From: a virus
Lineage: Duplodnaviria > Caudoviricetes
Direction: 5' to 3' (one strand)
Length of the DNA stretch: 64,000 nucleotides
Virus record (IMG/VR): IMGVR_UViG_3300040807_001487
Coordinates: 285-64,284 of that record
Position 1 is the first letter of the stretch. Each line of letters opens with the position of its first letter. The notes under the pieces were generated by a model that made no database searches, was not told the origin of the DNA, and saw only the letters and a program-made list of their open reading frames with translations. The position numbers were made by a program, and so were the translations under genes. Of this stretch, positions 47,501 through 56,322 are shown in pieces.

Positions 47501-50459
47501 AAGGAAGTTGACGTTCGTTGTCTGCGTATAGCCTCAGTCTGTTGTCTGAAGAATCGTATGTTAACAAAACAGAAAGCGGGAATGACCAAAATACTGGACT
47601 TAAAATACCTGAGTCAATAACTTTAATAATATTACCAAGATCATCAGAAGCATATCCACATAACAGTCCGTCGCTATAGCCAATTGCGAATTCTAAATCT
47701 TCACCAGAGTTGTACTTAGAAACAATAACACTGTCTGTGAAAACATTATTGTTTGAGTCAAGAATTTCATCTGGAGAAAATCTAACGAATGCAGAAAAGT
47801 CACCAGAAGGTGCAGAGTTTGTATTATCAAAACTTAAGTGTTTGGCGACACCAGAAACTCTTACAGCAGCATCAAAGGCGTCTCTAATCTTGTAATACGA
47901 AGGATGAAAGCTAAAGTTGTGCCAGTTGATAGATCGATAGCCCAGTGATTGATTGTCATATATTGTATTGCTATTAAATCTCCATCCTAGATTTCTGTAT
48001 ATGTCATTCTGTGAAATTCCAACAAAAACGCCAGATAAGTTTTCTCTACGAGAATCAAATACAGCATCATTGTTATAATTTAAGAAGTTATAGTGGCCGC
48101 TTGGGAAGGGTGTTTCGTTATAATCTTTAAAGAATGAAAAGTCAAACTCAAGATTAAAGTCATGGCCAAAAGTATTGCCAGAAATGCCCCTCCATCTTCT
48201 TGATAGATTTTCTGGAATTAGGAAGTTATAGCCGTCGAGCAAATTGTAAGCGTGTGGTATTTCTGAATTATCTATGTTGTGATTAAAGGCAACGTCTGTA
48301 TTTTCTTCGTGAGGTATAATCCTCAGTGGCATGTTTGAATAGACAAGTTCTTGGTCTTGCGGAGCGCCAAATGTGTGTAGGTGTATTGCGTTCTGGGGAG
48401 CGTAATGAACTTCTAGTCTAATGTCAGAAATTTCTGCTCCAGAAGGAATTGGATAAATATCTAGATATAAGTGTTCAAAATACGGGCTTGAATTAAACTT
48501 CTTGTTTGGCCCAAGCTCTGGCTCAAGTTCATAGATCTTTAGTGGTATTCTGTATTCTTGGAATAGTGTAGAATTAATTACTGGCGTCTGCGTCAAAATG
48601 TAGTGGTCGCCACCGCTGTTTGCTATGCTGTAACTATACTCTACCGTGTCTGATTTGTCCGATAAGGCTTCAGATGATATACCAAGCTCATCTGTAGGAA
48701 TAATACTTGAAGATATAACATTTTGATTAACTAAAAGGCCACCTTCGACGTTCTGTAAAAACCCTCCTTCGTGATCTGTTACGAATAATATCTTGTCGTC
48801 GCTATACCCAACAACATCTAGTGCATAGTCTCTAGACGATGGAGCTTTTCTAGCCTTAACAATAAGATCAACTTTTACAATGTCTGCATAATATGCGTCA
48901 TCTATGTTTGTTGATATATAACGAGATCTGTCAAAGCTAACATTAAAAGGACCACCAGCAAAATCTCTACCTTGATAGAAGCTAGTAGTGGTTTGTCTCT
49001 TGTCTTCAAATTTAACTATTAACTTTCCAGAATCAACAATTGTTGAATCGTGTAAATTAATCCATGTTGAAAGTGATCTATCTGAAATTTGTTTGCCAAG
49101 ATAAAGTCCGCTAGCAATATTCTGTGTTAAGTTTGATATAATAAGACTGTCGGGGTACGATGAGTCAGATTGCCAAGTTGTGTCAACGCTTGGATATATA
49201 TCCGTGTCGAAGTTGTATGGCATAACCCTTGTTGGGAAAATATGCTTAACAATCTTCTGGCCTTCAGTTTGCACCTCTGTTGCAAAAGGCATATAATGTT
49301 CTACGAACGGAGCAAAATCCAGCGGCTGTCTTGGGTAGCCACTGTTGCATATTTCAATAGCAGAAATTCTAAGATTATAAGTTGGACTAAAAGCGGATTG
49401 GGTTTGGGTAGAAAGCGGGGTTCCGTCTAAGGCTAGATAATCATTAGGACCATCCGTTACTGGAACTAAATGATCAGTACTACAAACAAACTCTTCGTAG
49501 CCAACATTAAAACCTTTATCAAAAGGATCATCTAAACATAATACTTCAACATCAAAACTTAACTTATAACCATTTCCATCTTCGTAAACTGGAAATCCGT
49601 TTTCCCATTCGTACAAAGCTCCATTATTAATTTCAGGCTCAGTGATATAAGTTGTATAATTTTTATCTATTATTGCAGATTCATAATCGGCATCACCACG
49701 GAATGAAAGATCTTTATACTGAACCATCAAATCGCCAGAAGGATCTTCTAGCTTAATATTAGTAATGTTAACTTCTGGAGAAGTGTTAGATCCATAATTG
49801 CGAAGCGGAACAGCGGCCCTCATGAAAAGGAAGCTATTCTTAGTCTTAATAAGTGCTGGATTTACTGCGCACTCGTAAAAGAAAGAACCTTCAGTTGCAA
49901 TAGAAGATGGCTGTATGTATGTTGAGTTTATGTCATCTATTCTTTGGCTTACGCTACCGTGCTGCGTATAGTTACCAGTGAATACGCCCTCGTCTATGCT
50001 GGAGAATATGTTTGAACTCTGAATGTTTTCATTGACAAAGCCAACATTAGATATATCACCAGAAGGATATAATTTTTGCTGTGCAACAAAGTTCTTGATT
50101 TTTCTTAAAGAGGCAAACTGTCCAGCGAACTTATCGACATAAGAATTCTTGAATTTAGAATTAGACTTCAACCTTGATCTAATATGAAGTTCTGGTATTT
50201 GCGTTGTGGCTTTTATTTTACCAGCTTTTTCACATGGGAATTTACTGGGAACCATTTCAGAGTTTGCAAAAGCTCTAATCTTAGAAGATGAGCATATGCG
50301 GGTTTTTGCGCCCAGCATGATACCATTGGCTGGACGCAATGAACCTTCACCGCACACTCTAGGAGTAAGGGAGCGAACACCTGCGACGGTCGCCCGTATA
50401 TTACTAGTTCCACATATTCTTATTTTGTGATATTTGTCACATAGACATTTGATTGACAT
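38508..50459 (-). CDS. Giant virion/adhesin protein with a LamG-like domain and seven FG-GAP repeats
   Basis: 3983 aa, directly downstream of the tape measure. LamG-like segment at about 47350-47880 (FSAFVRF..VLLTYD..LRLYAD..FAGFITELGFSDRAIT). FG..V...IGAP...GAVYLY repeats between about 39050 and 45380. Confidence 0.75.
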   Translation of the reverse strand: MSIKCLCDKYHKIRICGTSNIRATVAGVRSLTPRVCGEGSLRPANGIMLGAKTRICSSSKIRAFANSEMVPSKFPCEKAGKIKATTQIPELHIRSRLKSNSKFKNSYVDKFAGQFASLRKIKNFVAQQKLYPSGDISNVGFVNENIQSSNIFSSIDEGVFTGNYTQHGSVSQRIDDINSTYIQPSSIATEGSFFYECAVNPALIKTKNSFLFMRAAVPLRNYGSNTSPEVNITNIKLEDPSGDLMVQYKDLSFRGDADYESAIIDKNYTTYITEPEINNGALYEWENGFPVYEDGNGYKLSFDVEVLCLDDPFDKGFNVGYEEFVCSTDHLVPVTDGPNDYLALDGTPLSTQTQSAFSPTYNLRISAIEICNSGYPRQPLDFAPFVEHYMPFATEVQTEGQKIVKHIFPTRVMPYNFDTDIYPSVDTTWQSDSSYPDSLIISNLTQNIASGLYLGKQISDRSLSTWINLHDSTIVDSGKLIVKFEDKRQTTTSFYQGRDFAGGPFNVSFDRSRYISTNIDDAYYADIVKVDLIVKARKAPSSRDYALDVVGYSDDKILFVTDHEGGFLQNVEGGLLVNQNVISSSIIPTDELGISSEALSDKSDTVEYSYSIANSGGDHYILTQTPVINSTLFQEYRIPLKIYELEPELGPNKKFNSSPYFEHLYLDIYPIPSGAEISDIRLEVHYAPQNAIHLHTFGAPQDQELVYSNMPLRIIPHEENTDVAFNHNIDNSEIPHAYNLLDGYNFLIPENLSRRWRGISGNTFGHDFNLEFDFSFFKDYNETPFPSGHYNFLNYNNDAVFDSRRENLSGVFVGISQNDIYRNLGWRFNSNTIYDNQSLGYRSINWHNFSFHPSYYKIRDAFDAAVRVSGVAKHLSFDNTNSAPSGDFSAFVRFSPDEILDSNNNVFTDSVIVSKYNSGEDLEFAIGYSDGLLCGYASDDLGNIIKVIDSGILSPVFWSFPLSVLLTYDSSDNRLRLYADNERQLPSNFDTNTLRGVSEPFTKITTDQNVTVGYSSGSGVGFAGFITELGFSDRAITSSNIIVDKKEYGGVEDLFSSMRMIDSRSSKDKFWDYIDSDISNNWKLGAFKNCHFNDDFDRLSYRNDKDFIEHHLIHDGLPYSSRTDIDMPATLNASGLAYHTQIENDFLRFNIEDVPETSGKFYAAAPRIRKNLPRGYNFTEKAVSVDSVIEHITDDRIVWDDGKVGPKLIVSLYAQSLVPSYDGADKSLGLINRDIHYLAPSGCITKISSLFNKDSLLDESEPWSVFNTSKEHIIKEFDHKYYSSDINDMFLQYDVVYPSGSAFDSTIRIHAAEIRLKDCLRHLPSTNQELLLSTSGDYTVLGDLNLNVLGHQDVSVGVPSGLVLFVDGYFPEVASGDMNLIASGGLWPEAEMNLYSLGHQSVDNFGNFGQYQNETLFGADGDFGFFLSTIGGGEVELFNLNLYNDEVVPSYEDTLKLTSFSSTRNKKNIDNSINFRVDVANFIDSGRLSSSAMNLMLYKRDVFSATAKTFNLTNFYEPIPPNSEQASLNLYTINYPAFDISYTQQQIIQWNGENIGSAVVVTDDKYLSVSSDDEIRGVVTICYGDCDVTGLCTNPDINTHEINWTSDDCHTGGVIRAKDTYTNIDVGYDKNYYGARKYGGLIPSYPYIVNMLGYAGSNQEVELPRVIDTVEYGSNSEVNFSGIKLFSEDPFALHAKYGKDIVTRGDLLAIGAPEYTLYEDTKQLDKSGAVFLYRRLPAPSGYDWSDQDDKSGWSLEEILTLPSGFHRDYFNLTYKNIQGVNSPVKEWDIGNYGRKFGHAVDIAVDETSGKEMVLVGAPRGTFDRTFDQIVTSPIKVAVIIVTDEFSGFTKIVNNKIVSAKKILGSLIKDRNDYFALFSEPAFQVDVDVIVLEPNKNVPFHEFQEYENDSDFIHRYEITRLLRDEDVAVASSRIEQEVTNIFNQIYPLNSAIRNNNLPAFIGIMVDESASCGRRIVPGLDDFLGSYPSYSYNNGLLSWDNVPYSGVVLDVEFDRSSQEDWISIAQQNIEYTLSDENIDTNLDLFASGFGLFYGEEDYRFNSLPPSGGRAYLFEKQPYSSGLLYDNDGSEWYITQQFGLDLNNYNEYSPNEGFGFSVAISDNMENIAIGSPYSDFRGATVYELSRTNDLPMISSNMESWLIHKAEEELLLEGNAISTYTLLYRQLQEFKEEGFNDAGAASKVYDLLTAKYRFEFLNYVSRKSSLNDKYKETFSYHNDYNRYGTYDFYPSNFAGHPRVGYSIDLNEDGTILAIGCPTDSMNQWDDTNVWYRNSRECDEEKNALGQFTLGGYQSPYDSESHLQTNTIESADHEGTWSSYVNAGAVQVFSGRKYYPHNKVVEYGIFGNAHELYHAPEAVANDIRTSEFNVVSGIFENNNNIPFVKTSFVDPEIPDDAGLLFILSPSQDSLSNEVLDNLKKWLSYGDRNLVLVGDDPLFESDGLYEETNRVVNKILNALGSRVRIYPAKNDLYAQINPTLDTNVVPARIPEGSIKTNVKTPYLFASGVGDIRFYDPSMAQYHHACGGFISPLDNLEYSYDTANVGCEQPIKHQGDLRAQWYEWCQDLLQQFHRVPRNIPVAYGLLPGLTEPLCDKGQPCYKDPKTCHWSAKNQDVPPVPLLSVGEQSPSFTAIIPATEDQISIIKQVVGQEPDPTQNTLRLSTNYSNSVFNWDAVAGSTEYSGNYIGEPTLNYGDELWTDGGEFFKPEDTDRAFILQGKNSKFVDDVIENVLASEFTNVVAEEKFSEENTSSIVLISCVTSESQEVLFTGDDDAILFYRNLLTKNSQEFDSDTIDFAADDINVAQLGGWTNRSSFVDGYHDSFIYKKNSAGSEDGLIATNSLFYHIQNIDLDITSDELLNGRAGKSYSNYDVCWIANTKHLPSDTELEQLKTWLRKGNKKLIITYAHDSELSNINEKIPSQIVADQTSKLCEKLGLSMKPLYLNGAGKYAELGRDSYTPDGVNRNTIFPPDFNQNTYHSFITNSEKLQNFKFYSEKPKVFQRPDFSTFKETLIIPIELNGATRVASIIGEFFTAYGDNSVRDINRTNINYHYNNSGFAKVSFELPTQDSGYFIKTGWYVQSPIESDSTISIYAKNLNKIYRGQKDPVTGELIEPNKITAYGQSDINSEYTEIFTEEIGEIVKKKLTTSYAEINLGPFYPWSNQVDIYITSNDTKLLPLNESDSLPYTAKMAFASGYAVPIIEVKGFKDVFEDVQVVIPGTPEQEIIIQPPLRELGSNHYKYCPDQTADGCLDDFDVALNYRGGKPQSGWQAQYLSGNEIKTIDGPVVVAQEIEIFSPFLAGFNRSRITVISDASMLQGSGILDENGVYSPRLSEFVSSLYPTTDFSSVLNNGKVYSIRNKIISPERGSPYKWYSAAGHAGLISRFNPNNNNVTRLPMSDFVGNESEYDPEYVHRPKYVWECEDAPPIEDTEKVKQQMINIFASGLHENFSSQFSGIIDGIPYGDNLSLYKAKGYDFLDFEQFPEGYPGDLFGYSVKLQGNRLFVGAPFSAYHQESGIVKWDQISNTVQYETPSGVTLSAFGGAGAVYLFENNNNGVSPIREQATAWQYIRKFRPDSINVGQDYTDVNVCNRPEELGINEYDLFNDLPESRFTDRFGYDIDVNGGILAIGAPGHDFQNFVEEDPRVGLFMNKAFGNAFDYRTRTVYDLGTSGVRSELPNSGLGILNNGAVYLYSEDYDFIQREKYWHKLEKISPQGYNSHKQKTYDYVDLELISISGSENSHFGESVSVARRRRTDADYTVAIGSKNHPFTDEDVYKPDHGAGYTYDLMLRRPQPATRSSEAYISGRLFGHSGVQENEILFNISNTEDDAQANTASGIIFTNPRGEIFIEVSGQDPSEYGFIQHRPFIKSVDGVILAGKIHTNALRLAVEGRPDEASGIMNLYSNAADSANVYNKLGLYNFGVDGIVQESGLNLVLELESAPIESSGQLWLFASGVGQNVGEMNLRTRGY
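38671..38687 (-). promoter_or_regulatory. Candidate late promoter, GTGTATA-N6-TAG copy 2
   Basis: Minus strand reads GTGTATAATAAGTTAGG, about 165 nt upstream of the 38506 start. Confidence 0.5.
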
Positions 50460-50470
50460 ACATAGTCCTG

Positions 50471-53400
50471 TTAACTAAGTGTTGATCCTGTCCCCGGTTT
50501 TAATTTTCCATTTGGTCCAACTGTAGCATTTTCTATGGCTTCGTGAATTAACGGTTTAACATTGTCTAATATAAACTGGGGCATATTTTGTAATAGTTGG
50601 TTAGCATTTAAAGTAACGACCATGTTAGTTGTATCAAGCTTAAGCGTTGGGTTGAAGTTGACAAACTTTTCTACACTCTGACTAAATGTATTCATAGAAT
50701 TATTTACAGCGCTAAGATCTGTAGCATCAAAACGAAAGTCATATCTTGGTGCTGGTTGGTCAGTTCTTTTTGGATATGTAACTTTGTGCCTTAAAGGGGT
50801 TTCTTTTTGTAGCCTGTCACGTTGTTCCATCTTGCGCATTTCATTATAATTTTCTAATGCTTTTCTGTTTTTTTGTTCTTCTGTTTGAAGAGATCTGTCA
50901 ATATTTTGATCTACTGCATTCTTCGCATTGATGTAAACATCCTGAGCTTCAATTACTTGATTTTGAGCTAATCTCTGCTGTAACGTTCCAGCGTCTATTA
51001 GTATTTGAGCGGCTTGGCGAATATTGGAAGCTGCGGCATTAAGCTCTGGCGTAGTTTCGGAGCCAAGCTGCGCACCTCGTACAGCTAAGTTTGAATCTAC
51101 ACCTCTAGCTGTAAGAGCGGCAATTCTTGTTCTTTCTTCTAGTCCTCCCGGTCCAGATATTTTCTGACCTTGGAATTCGTCAATACCAGCATCACGTAAC
51201 CCCTTAAGGAAGGAAACGCCTTCAGCTAATGCGCCTCCACCAAACTGAGTTGCTAAATCGCCACGACCAAGAGCGACTGCTCCAACGGCTCCCTCTGCGG
51301 CCTGTTTCTTGAAGAACGATTCAACGTCTCCGCTTATCAAACTATCTAATGAATCTTTCTCTAGTTGGCTCTTTCTCTTTATTATTTCATACTCTTGTTT
51401 TCTGATGTCAATTAAAGCCCTTGCTTGAGCAACGGTTTCATTTGTAATTTCAGCCAGTCTTTTTTGTGCATCTCTTGACTGTAATTCACCTTCTCCAGCA
51501 GCTTCTTGTTCTGAAAGTATAGCCGATGTAGCTTCAATATTTTTGATTCTGTTTGCAAAACCGTCTAAACTCGCATTAACTTTTGGCAAACTAGCAACTA
51601 ATCCAACATTCATTTTTGCGGTAAGGTTTGCTAACTTATCAGCGGACGTAACAAATTTGCCACCGTACTGTGATTGTATCTGAGCGGCCTCCATCTCAAT
51701 AGAAAGGGCTTGAGTTTGTGCTGCGTATAATTTATTTTCAGCATCTATTCTTTTTTGCAAAGCTTTATTGAGATCTTTTTCGCTTTCAACAACTTGCTTA
51801 ATAGATGGTGCTAATTGGTTTATAAACTCAGAACTAATTTCACCAAGAGCATTCTGAAAACCGCTAATGTCGCCTTGCTCAAATGCTTTCGTTAAAGCTT
51901 CCGATGGGGGATTGTCTCTAAAACTGCTAACAATCTGACTAGCAACTGTTTTGTCAACATCCATACCGCCAAGTTTGTCTGATAATGTCTTTGCTATTTT
52001 TTCTTGAGCGGCTTGTAATGATCCAGTTGATTTAAGATCTTCGAAATTTGTGGGTTCCAATTCAGATATATAGTCAGCTAATATGTTCTGAGTAGCTCTC
52101 CCGGCTTGTAATTTTTTCTGAGTTTCAGATATGGTTTTCTGTGTTGCTCCATACTCTTTGAGAGTTTTACTTACACTTTCAAGAGAACTCTCAAAATCAG
52201 AGTCACTAATATTTGAGCCAGTAGAAGACAGAGCTGCACTTAGTGTATTGAACGATCTTTCTAGCTGTGTACTAGATCCGTCTACTGCTGATAGATAGTT
52301 TTTTAAGGCAACGTTGGAAGCTACGACGTTAGCATTGAACGGGCTAAGTCCGAGATTTATTAATTCAAATCTTTTCTTTAATCTTTCTATTTCAGACCCA
52401 ATATTCGTCAAACCCCTAGCTAGTTCTAATGCTTGTTCCGTTGGTAGGGATGTGATCAACTTCTTGAGAGATGGCGATAATTGATCAGACGATTGTACTA
52501 CACTGTTTAAATTATTTACTAACGCTGTAGTGCTATTTTTGACTGTGTTTTCTAGGCTTGTTCTAGTTTCACTTAATAATCTTTCTCTGTCTTGTTCTTG
52601 GGTTTGTTCTAAAATTCTACCAAGACCCAAATCTTCTTGTTGTAAATTTCTTTGGGCAATATCTCTTGATTTAAGTAAAGTTTGACTAAACCCAGAAGAG
52701 AACTGCCCTCCAATAGCAGCAGATCTAAAGCTTTGGTTTATAAATTGCGTTGAAGCCTTAATAGCCTTGGCTTGACTTTGATATAAATCAACAAGCTCAG
52801 ATATTGGATCTTTTAAACTAACTAAAAAACTACTGACTTCACCAGCTTTAAGTCCAGCGCTTTCTAGCTCTTTCTTAAGAAGAGAGTTAGCCTTTTCAAC
52901 TGATGAAAAATTAGATGCATCTTCGAAAAAATCTGAACTAGCAACATCCCCTTTTCTAAGTCGGTCTATCTGACTCCCAACATTTTCTAAAGTAAAGAAG
53001 CTTGGCCCTACAGTTTTTTGATTTTCTTTAATAACAGTATTAACAGTTTTAATTTGCTCTGAAATACTTTTTACCAAAGGTTCAAAAGCTCTTTCTCCAG
53101 CACCACTAAAATCGCCAGAAACTTTCGCCTCTTGAAAAGCACTATCCGCCCTCTCTGAAGCTTCTTGTAAAGCTTTTGTAAAATTCTGAGTTGCTATTCT
53201 GGAAGCTGTTTGAGCTTTTACTTGATCTGCTGTTGCGTAACCAAAATTAGAAAGAAAATTTTGAAAAGTATCAGCACCAGCCTCTAAGCCAACAGTCAAT
53301 GCTGTTGCGGCGACGGCAGCTGCTCCAATACCGGCAATCGCAGCGGTTACTGGGTTTGTAAAAGCCAGCGCAAAACCACCGCCAGCGGCAAGACCTAAAC

Positions 53401-56302
53401 CAGTAGCAACTGTTGATCTAGCACCGGCAGTGCTTGCTCTTGTTGATAATCTTTCTGCCTCTGCTACATTGCCTTCTTTAAGAGCCTTATTGTATTGATT
53501 GGCAGAATCATATAAAGCTTCCAAAGCAGATGATGTAAGCATCGCGGAAGCGCCAGCTGCAACTAGCGGACCAGTAAACTTGCCCTTGATAAGATTACCG
53601 ATCTGAAACTTTTCACCAAGATTTGAAAGAGCATATCCAAGAGTACCAAAGGAGCCAACAGTAGTCATAACAGAATCTGACAAAGCCCTAGTCAAACGTA
53701 AAGATGCTCCCTCGTTTTCTTGAACGGCTGGAAGCATTGAATTAAGTGCAGTTGTTACAGCAAACGCAGCAGCGCCAGCCCCAGCAAAATACCTTGATGC
53801 TTTATCAATACTTTTTTGAGCAAGAGTTGTATCAATTTGTTGCTGAGTCTGTGTCGGCATAGAGCCGGGATAGCCCAAGCCGCCCCTTACTCCACCGCCG
53901 TCTTCAAATCTTTGAACAACCCCACCCTTTGCATACTTGCCAATCTTGTTCATTCTGTTTAATGAACCATAGCCAATCGCTTGGGCAGACTTCTTATTAA
54001 CAACAAACTCGCCGGGAGTCAAAAGGGCTGGAACAGTATCTGTGCCAACTGCTCCACCAGTAGCAAGCTTTTGCGGTGCTTGTATTAATCCCTGTTTAAG
54101 CATATATCTTTCAACTTGTGCAGCAAATTTTCTTCGACTTTTGCCCTTGGAGCCAGACGTTCGCGTGGCGTCTGTGGGAATATCTGAAGGCAAGTTGAAT
54201 TTACTAGAAACCTCACCCAAGCCTTGAGCAAAGTCAATAGAGTCATTAATCTGTGACTTTCCTTCATACGGAGCGCCAGTTAGGGCAAGCGCCGTTTCAA
54301 AAAATGCACCAACAGCATTTGCAAAACCAGCCTTATCTATGAGATCATTTAAAGCTTTTCCTTTGATTGGCGTTCCATCTTTAATATCTCCAGCTAGCTC
54401 TTTGGCAAACTTTCCTGAAACATTCTTTACAGACTGCCTTATTTGTACTTCATATTTATCAGAAATCTTTTTATCCAAAATACCATACTGAGTATTAACG
54501 ACTTCCTTAGTTATTGGCAGTTCTGTTCTTGTCGGGGCGGTATTTCCACGGGGTCCATATAAAGATGCTAAACCAAATGTATATGGTTTATTGTTTTCGT
54601 CAACAAGAGGTTCTTTGCCTTTAACTCCCTGTGACGCAGCAGCAATTGGCTTACTAGCTATTAAGGCTCTCTGGCTATTAACAAATTTAACTTGTTGTCT
54701 TGTCAGTCTGGAAAATCTTTTATCTCCAATTAAACTTTTTTCTGGAGGCTCATTTATTAATTCATCAACTAATGAGTCAGGGCCATAAGCATGTCTTTGT
54801 GATGATACTAATCCACCGCTAGCATAGCGGTTTGCATTCATAGCAGCGAGATTTCCAGCGCCCAGTTGTGCAACGCTACTCTTTCTAATTACAAATTCAC
54901 CGGGAGTAAGCATCGCCGGAACAGTATCCCTATTACCAGTTCCGGGAACTAAACCTCCACTGTTAAAACCTTGTATGTTACGAGCAACGTTGCCAGTAAA
55001 ACCAGCCAAACCTTTAGTTAGCTTAAATGCGGCAAGCGCACCAAGTAATGGTATAATAGGCCGTATTGCTTCGCCAACTTTTATTAGACCTTCCGCTAGC
55101 GCAAGAGCAGTATTAGCCATTATCTGAAAAGACCTAGTTTCAGATATACTTCTGATTAACGCAGTAAATTCTTCACGAACTTTATCGATTCGTACAGCTA
55201 GTGTTTGTTGTGCAGCCGCTGCGTCTAGCGCTAGTGACCCAGAACCTTCCTGAGCAACATTAAGAGCTTCTTGAGCAACACTAAATTGTTGCAGCAAAGG
55301 AATAACTTTACCAATCTGTCTAAAACCACCAAGTTCTTCAGCAATCTTGATGAATGTAATATCGCCCTGTTCTAGTCCAGCCAATGCTTGGCTCAACCTT
55401 CTGGTAGCCTCAAACGGCCCAATGAACTTCCCTTCCAAATCCACTAACTCAACGCCAAATTGTTTTAGATATTCAATTGTTCTAGGGCGTTGAATACGAG
55501 TAAAGATGGTCCTAAGACCAGTAGCAATACTTTCGGCAGATTCTCTCGTTGTAGCTCTAACGCTAGTAAAGAGAGCAATTAGTTCATTTAGATCACCACC
55601 AGAAGCTTGAAACACACCACCAGTTCTACGTAGAACTGAAATCAAGTCACCGGCTTCAACAGCGAACTTTCCAGCCACCGCATTGATAGCACCAAGCTGT
55701 GCCTCTAATGCTTCAGCGCCTTTTCTAAACTGGTTAAAAATAGCAACAGCGCCTTCAGCCGTTTGCGTAATATTATCAAACGTAGGAGCTAGCTCTGTCT
55801 TTGCCAGAGTAGACAGGGCGATTTCGGTTTGCTTGGCATCAAAACCCGCCTGTGATAAAATGCGGGAGACACCTAATAATGAAGAGGATGAAACACCAAA
55901 ACTAGTAGAAAGATTAGTAATAGTGTCAGTCAAGCCACGTAGGTCTGACATAGTTTTCCCAGTTACCTGAGAAATCTTCAACAATTCTCTTTCAAATGCA
56001 ACTGCTTCTTTTACAGAATTCGTTAATGAATTAGTAAATAGAGTAATAGTCCTCGTAGCAAGAGCTAATGCAGTAAACCTACGAAAAGATACTTCAAACG
56101 CACTACCCATCCTTTTTGCAGATGTGGCTGCGTTATCTGTATCTTGCGTAAGTTTCTGTATCTCTCGCTGAGTTTTGACCGCACCTTTAGCCTCAACGTT
56201 GACGGTAACGCCACGCAGTTGCTGCTGAATTTTATTTACAACGGAAGCTACATTATTAGGAGCTTGTAATTGTAACTGTGCTGTGAGGACAAATTTAGCC
56301 AC
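50471..56302 (-). CDS. Tail tape measure protein
   Basis: 1943 aa, GTG start behind GGAGG. TP901-type TMP region (FERELLKISQVTG...IATGLRTIFTRIQ), Ala/Gly-rich hydrophobic segments and long coiled coils. Confidence 0.9.
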   Translation of the reverse strand: MAKFVLTAQLQLQAPNNVASVVNKIQQQLRGVTVNVEAKGAVKTQREIQKLTQDTDNAATSAKRMGSAFEVSFRRFTALALATRTITLFTNSLTNSVKEAVAFERELLKISQVTGKTMSDLRGLTDTITNLSTSFGVSSSSLLGVSRILSQAGFDAKQTEIALSTLAKTELAPTFDNITQTAEGAVAIFNQFRKGAEALEAQLGAINAVAGKFAVEAGDLISVLRRTGGVFQASGGDLNELIALFTSVRATTRESAESIATGLRTIFTRIQRPRTIEYLKQFGVELVDLEGKFIGPFEATRRLSQALAGLEQGDITFIKIAEELGGFRQIGKVIPLLQQFSVAQEALNVAQEGSGSLALDAAAAQQTLAVRIDKVREEFTALIRSISETRSFQIMANTALALAEGLIKVGEAIRPIIPLLGALAAFKLTKGLAGFTGNVARNIQGFNSGGLVPGTGNRDTVPAMLTPGEFVIRKSSVAQLGAGNLAAMNANRYASGGLVSSQRHAYGPDSLVDELINEPPEKSLIGDKRFSRLTRQQVKFVNSQRALIASKPIAAASQGVKGKEPLVDENNKPYTFGLASLYGPRGNTAPTRTELPITKEVVNTQYGILDKKISDKYEVQIRQSVKNVSGKFAKELAGDIKDGTPIKGKALNDLIDKAGFANAVGAFFETALALTGAPYEGKSQINDSIDFAQGLGEVSSKFNLPSDIPTDATRTSGSKGKSRRKFAAQVERYMLKQGLIQAPQKLATGGAVGTDTVPALLTPGEFVVNKKSAQAIGYGSLNRMNKIGKYAKGGVVQRFEDGGGVRGGLGYPGSMPTQTQQQIDTTLAQKSIDKASRYFAGAGAAAFAVTTALNSMLPAVQENEGASLRLTRALSDSVMTTVGSFGTLGYALSNLGEKFQIGNLIKGKFTGPLVAAGASAMLTSSALEALYDSANQYNKALKEGNVAEAERLSTRASTAGARSTVATGLGLAAGGGFALAFTNPVTAAIAGIGAAAVAATALTVGLEAGADTFQNFLSNFGYATADQVKAQTASRIATQNFTKALQEASERADSAFQEAKVSGDFSGAGERAFEPLVKSISEQIKTVNTVIKENQKTVGPSFFTLENVGSQIDRLRKGDVASSDFFEDASNFSSVEKANSLLKKELESAGLKAGEVSSFLVSLKDPISELVDLYQSQAKAIKASTQFINQSFRSAAIGGQFSSGFSQTLLKSRDIAQRNLQQEDLGLGRILEQTQEQDRERLLSETRTSLENTVKNSTTALVNNLNSVVQSSDQLSPSLKKLITSLPTEQALELARGLTNIGSEIERLKKRFELINLGLSPFNANVVASNVALKNYLSAVDGSSTQLERSFNTLSAALSSTGSNISDSDFESSLESVSKTLKEYGATQKTISETQKKLQAGRATQNILADYISELEPTNFEDLKSTGSLQAAQEKIAKTLSDKLGGMDVDKTVASQIVSSFRDNPPSEALTKAFEQGDISGFQNALGEISSEFINQLAPSIKQVVESEKDLNKALQKRIDAENKLYAAQTQALSIEMEAAQIQSQYGGKFVTSADKLANLTAKMNVGLVASLPKVNASLDGFANRIKNIEATSAILSEQEAAGEGELQSRDAQKRLAEITNETVAQARALIDIRKQEYEIIKRKSQLEKDSLDSLISGDVESFFKKQAAEGAVGAVALGRGDLATQFGGGALAEGVSFLKGLRDAGIDEFQGQKISGPGGLEERTRIAALTARGVDSNLAVRGAQLGSETTPELNAAASNIRQAAQILIDAGTLQQRLAQNQVIEAQDVYINAKNAVDQNIDRSLQTEEQKNRKALENYNEMRKMEQRDRLQKETPLRHKVTYPKRTDQPAPRYDFRFDATDLSAVNNSMNTFSQSVEKFVNFNPTLKLDTTNMVVTLNANQLLQNMPQFILDNVKPLIHEAIENATVGPNGKLKPGTGSTLS

Positions 56303-56322
56303 TCATATTACCTCCGAGTTGA

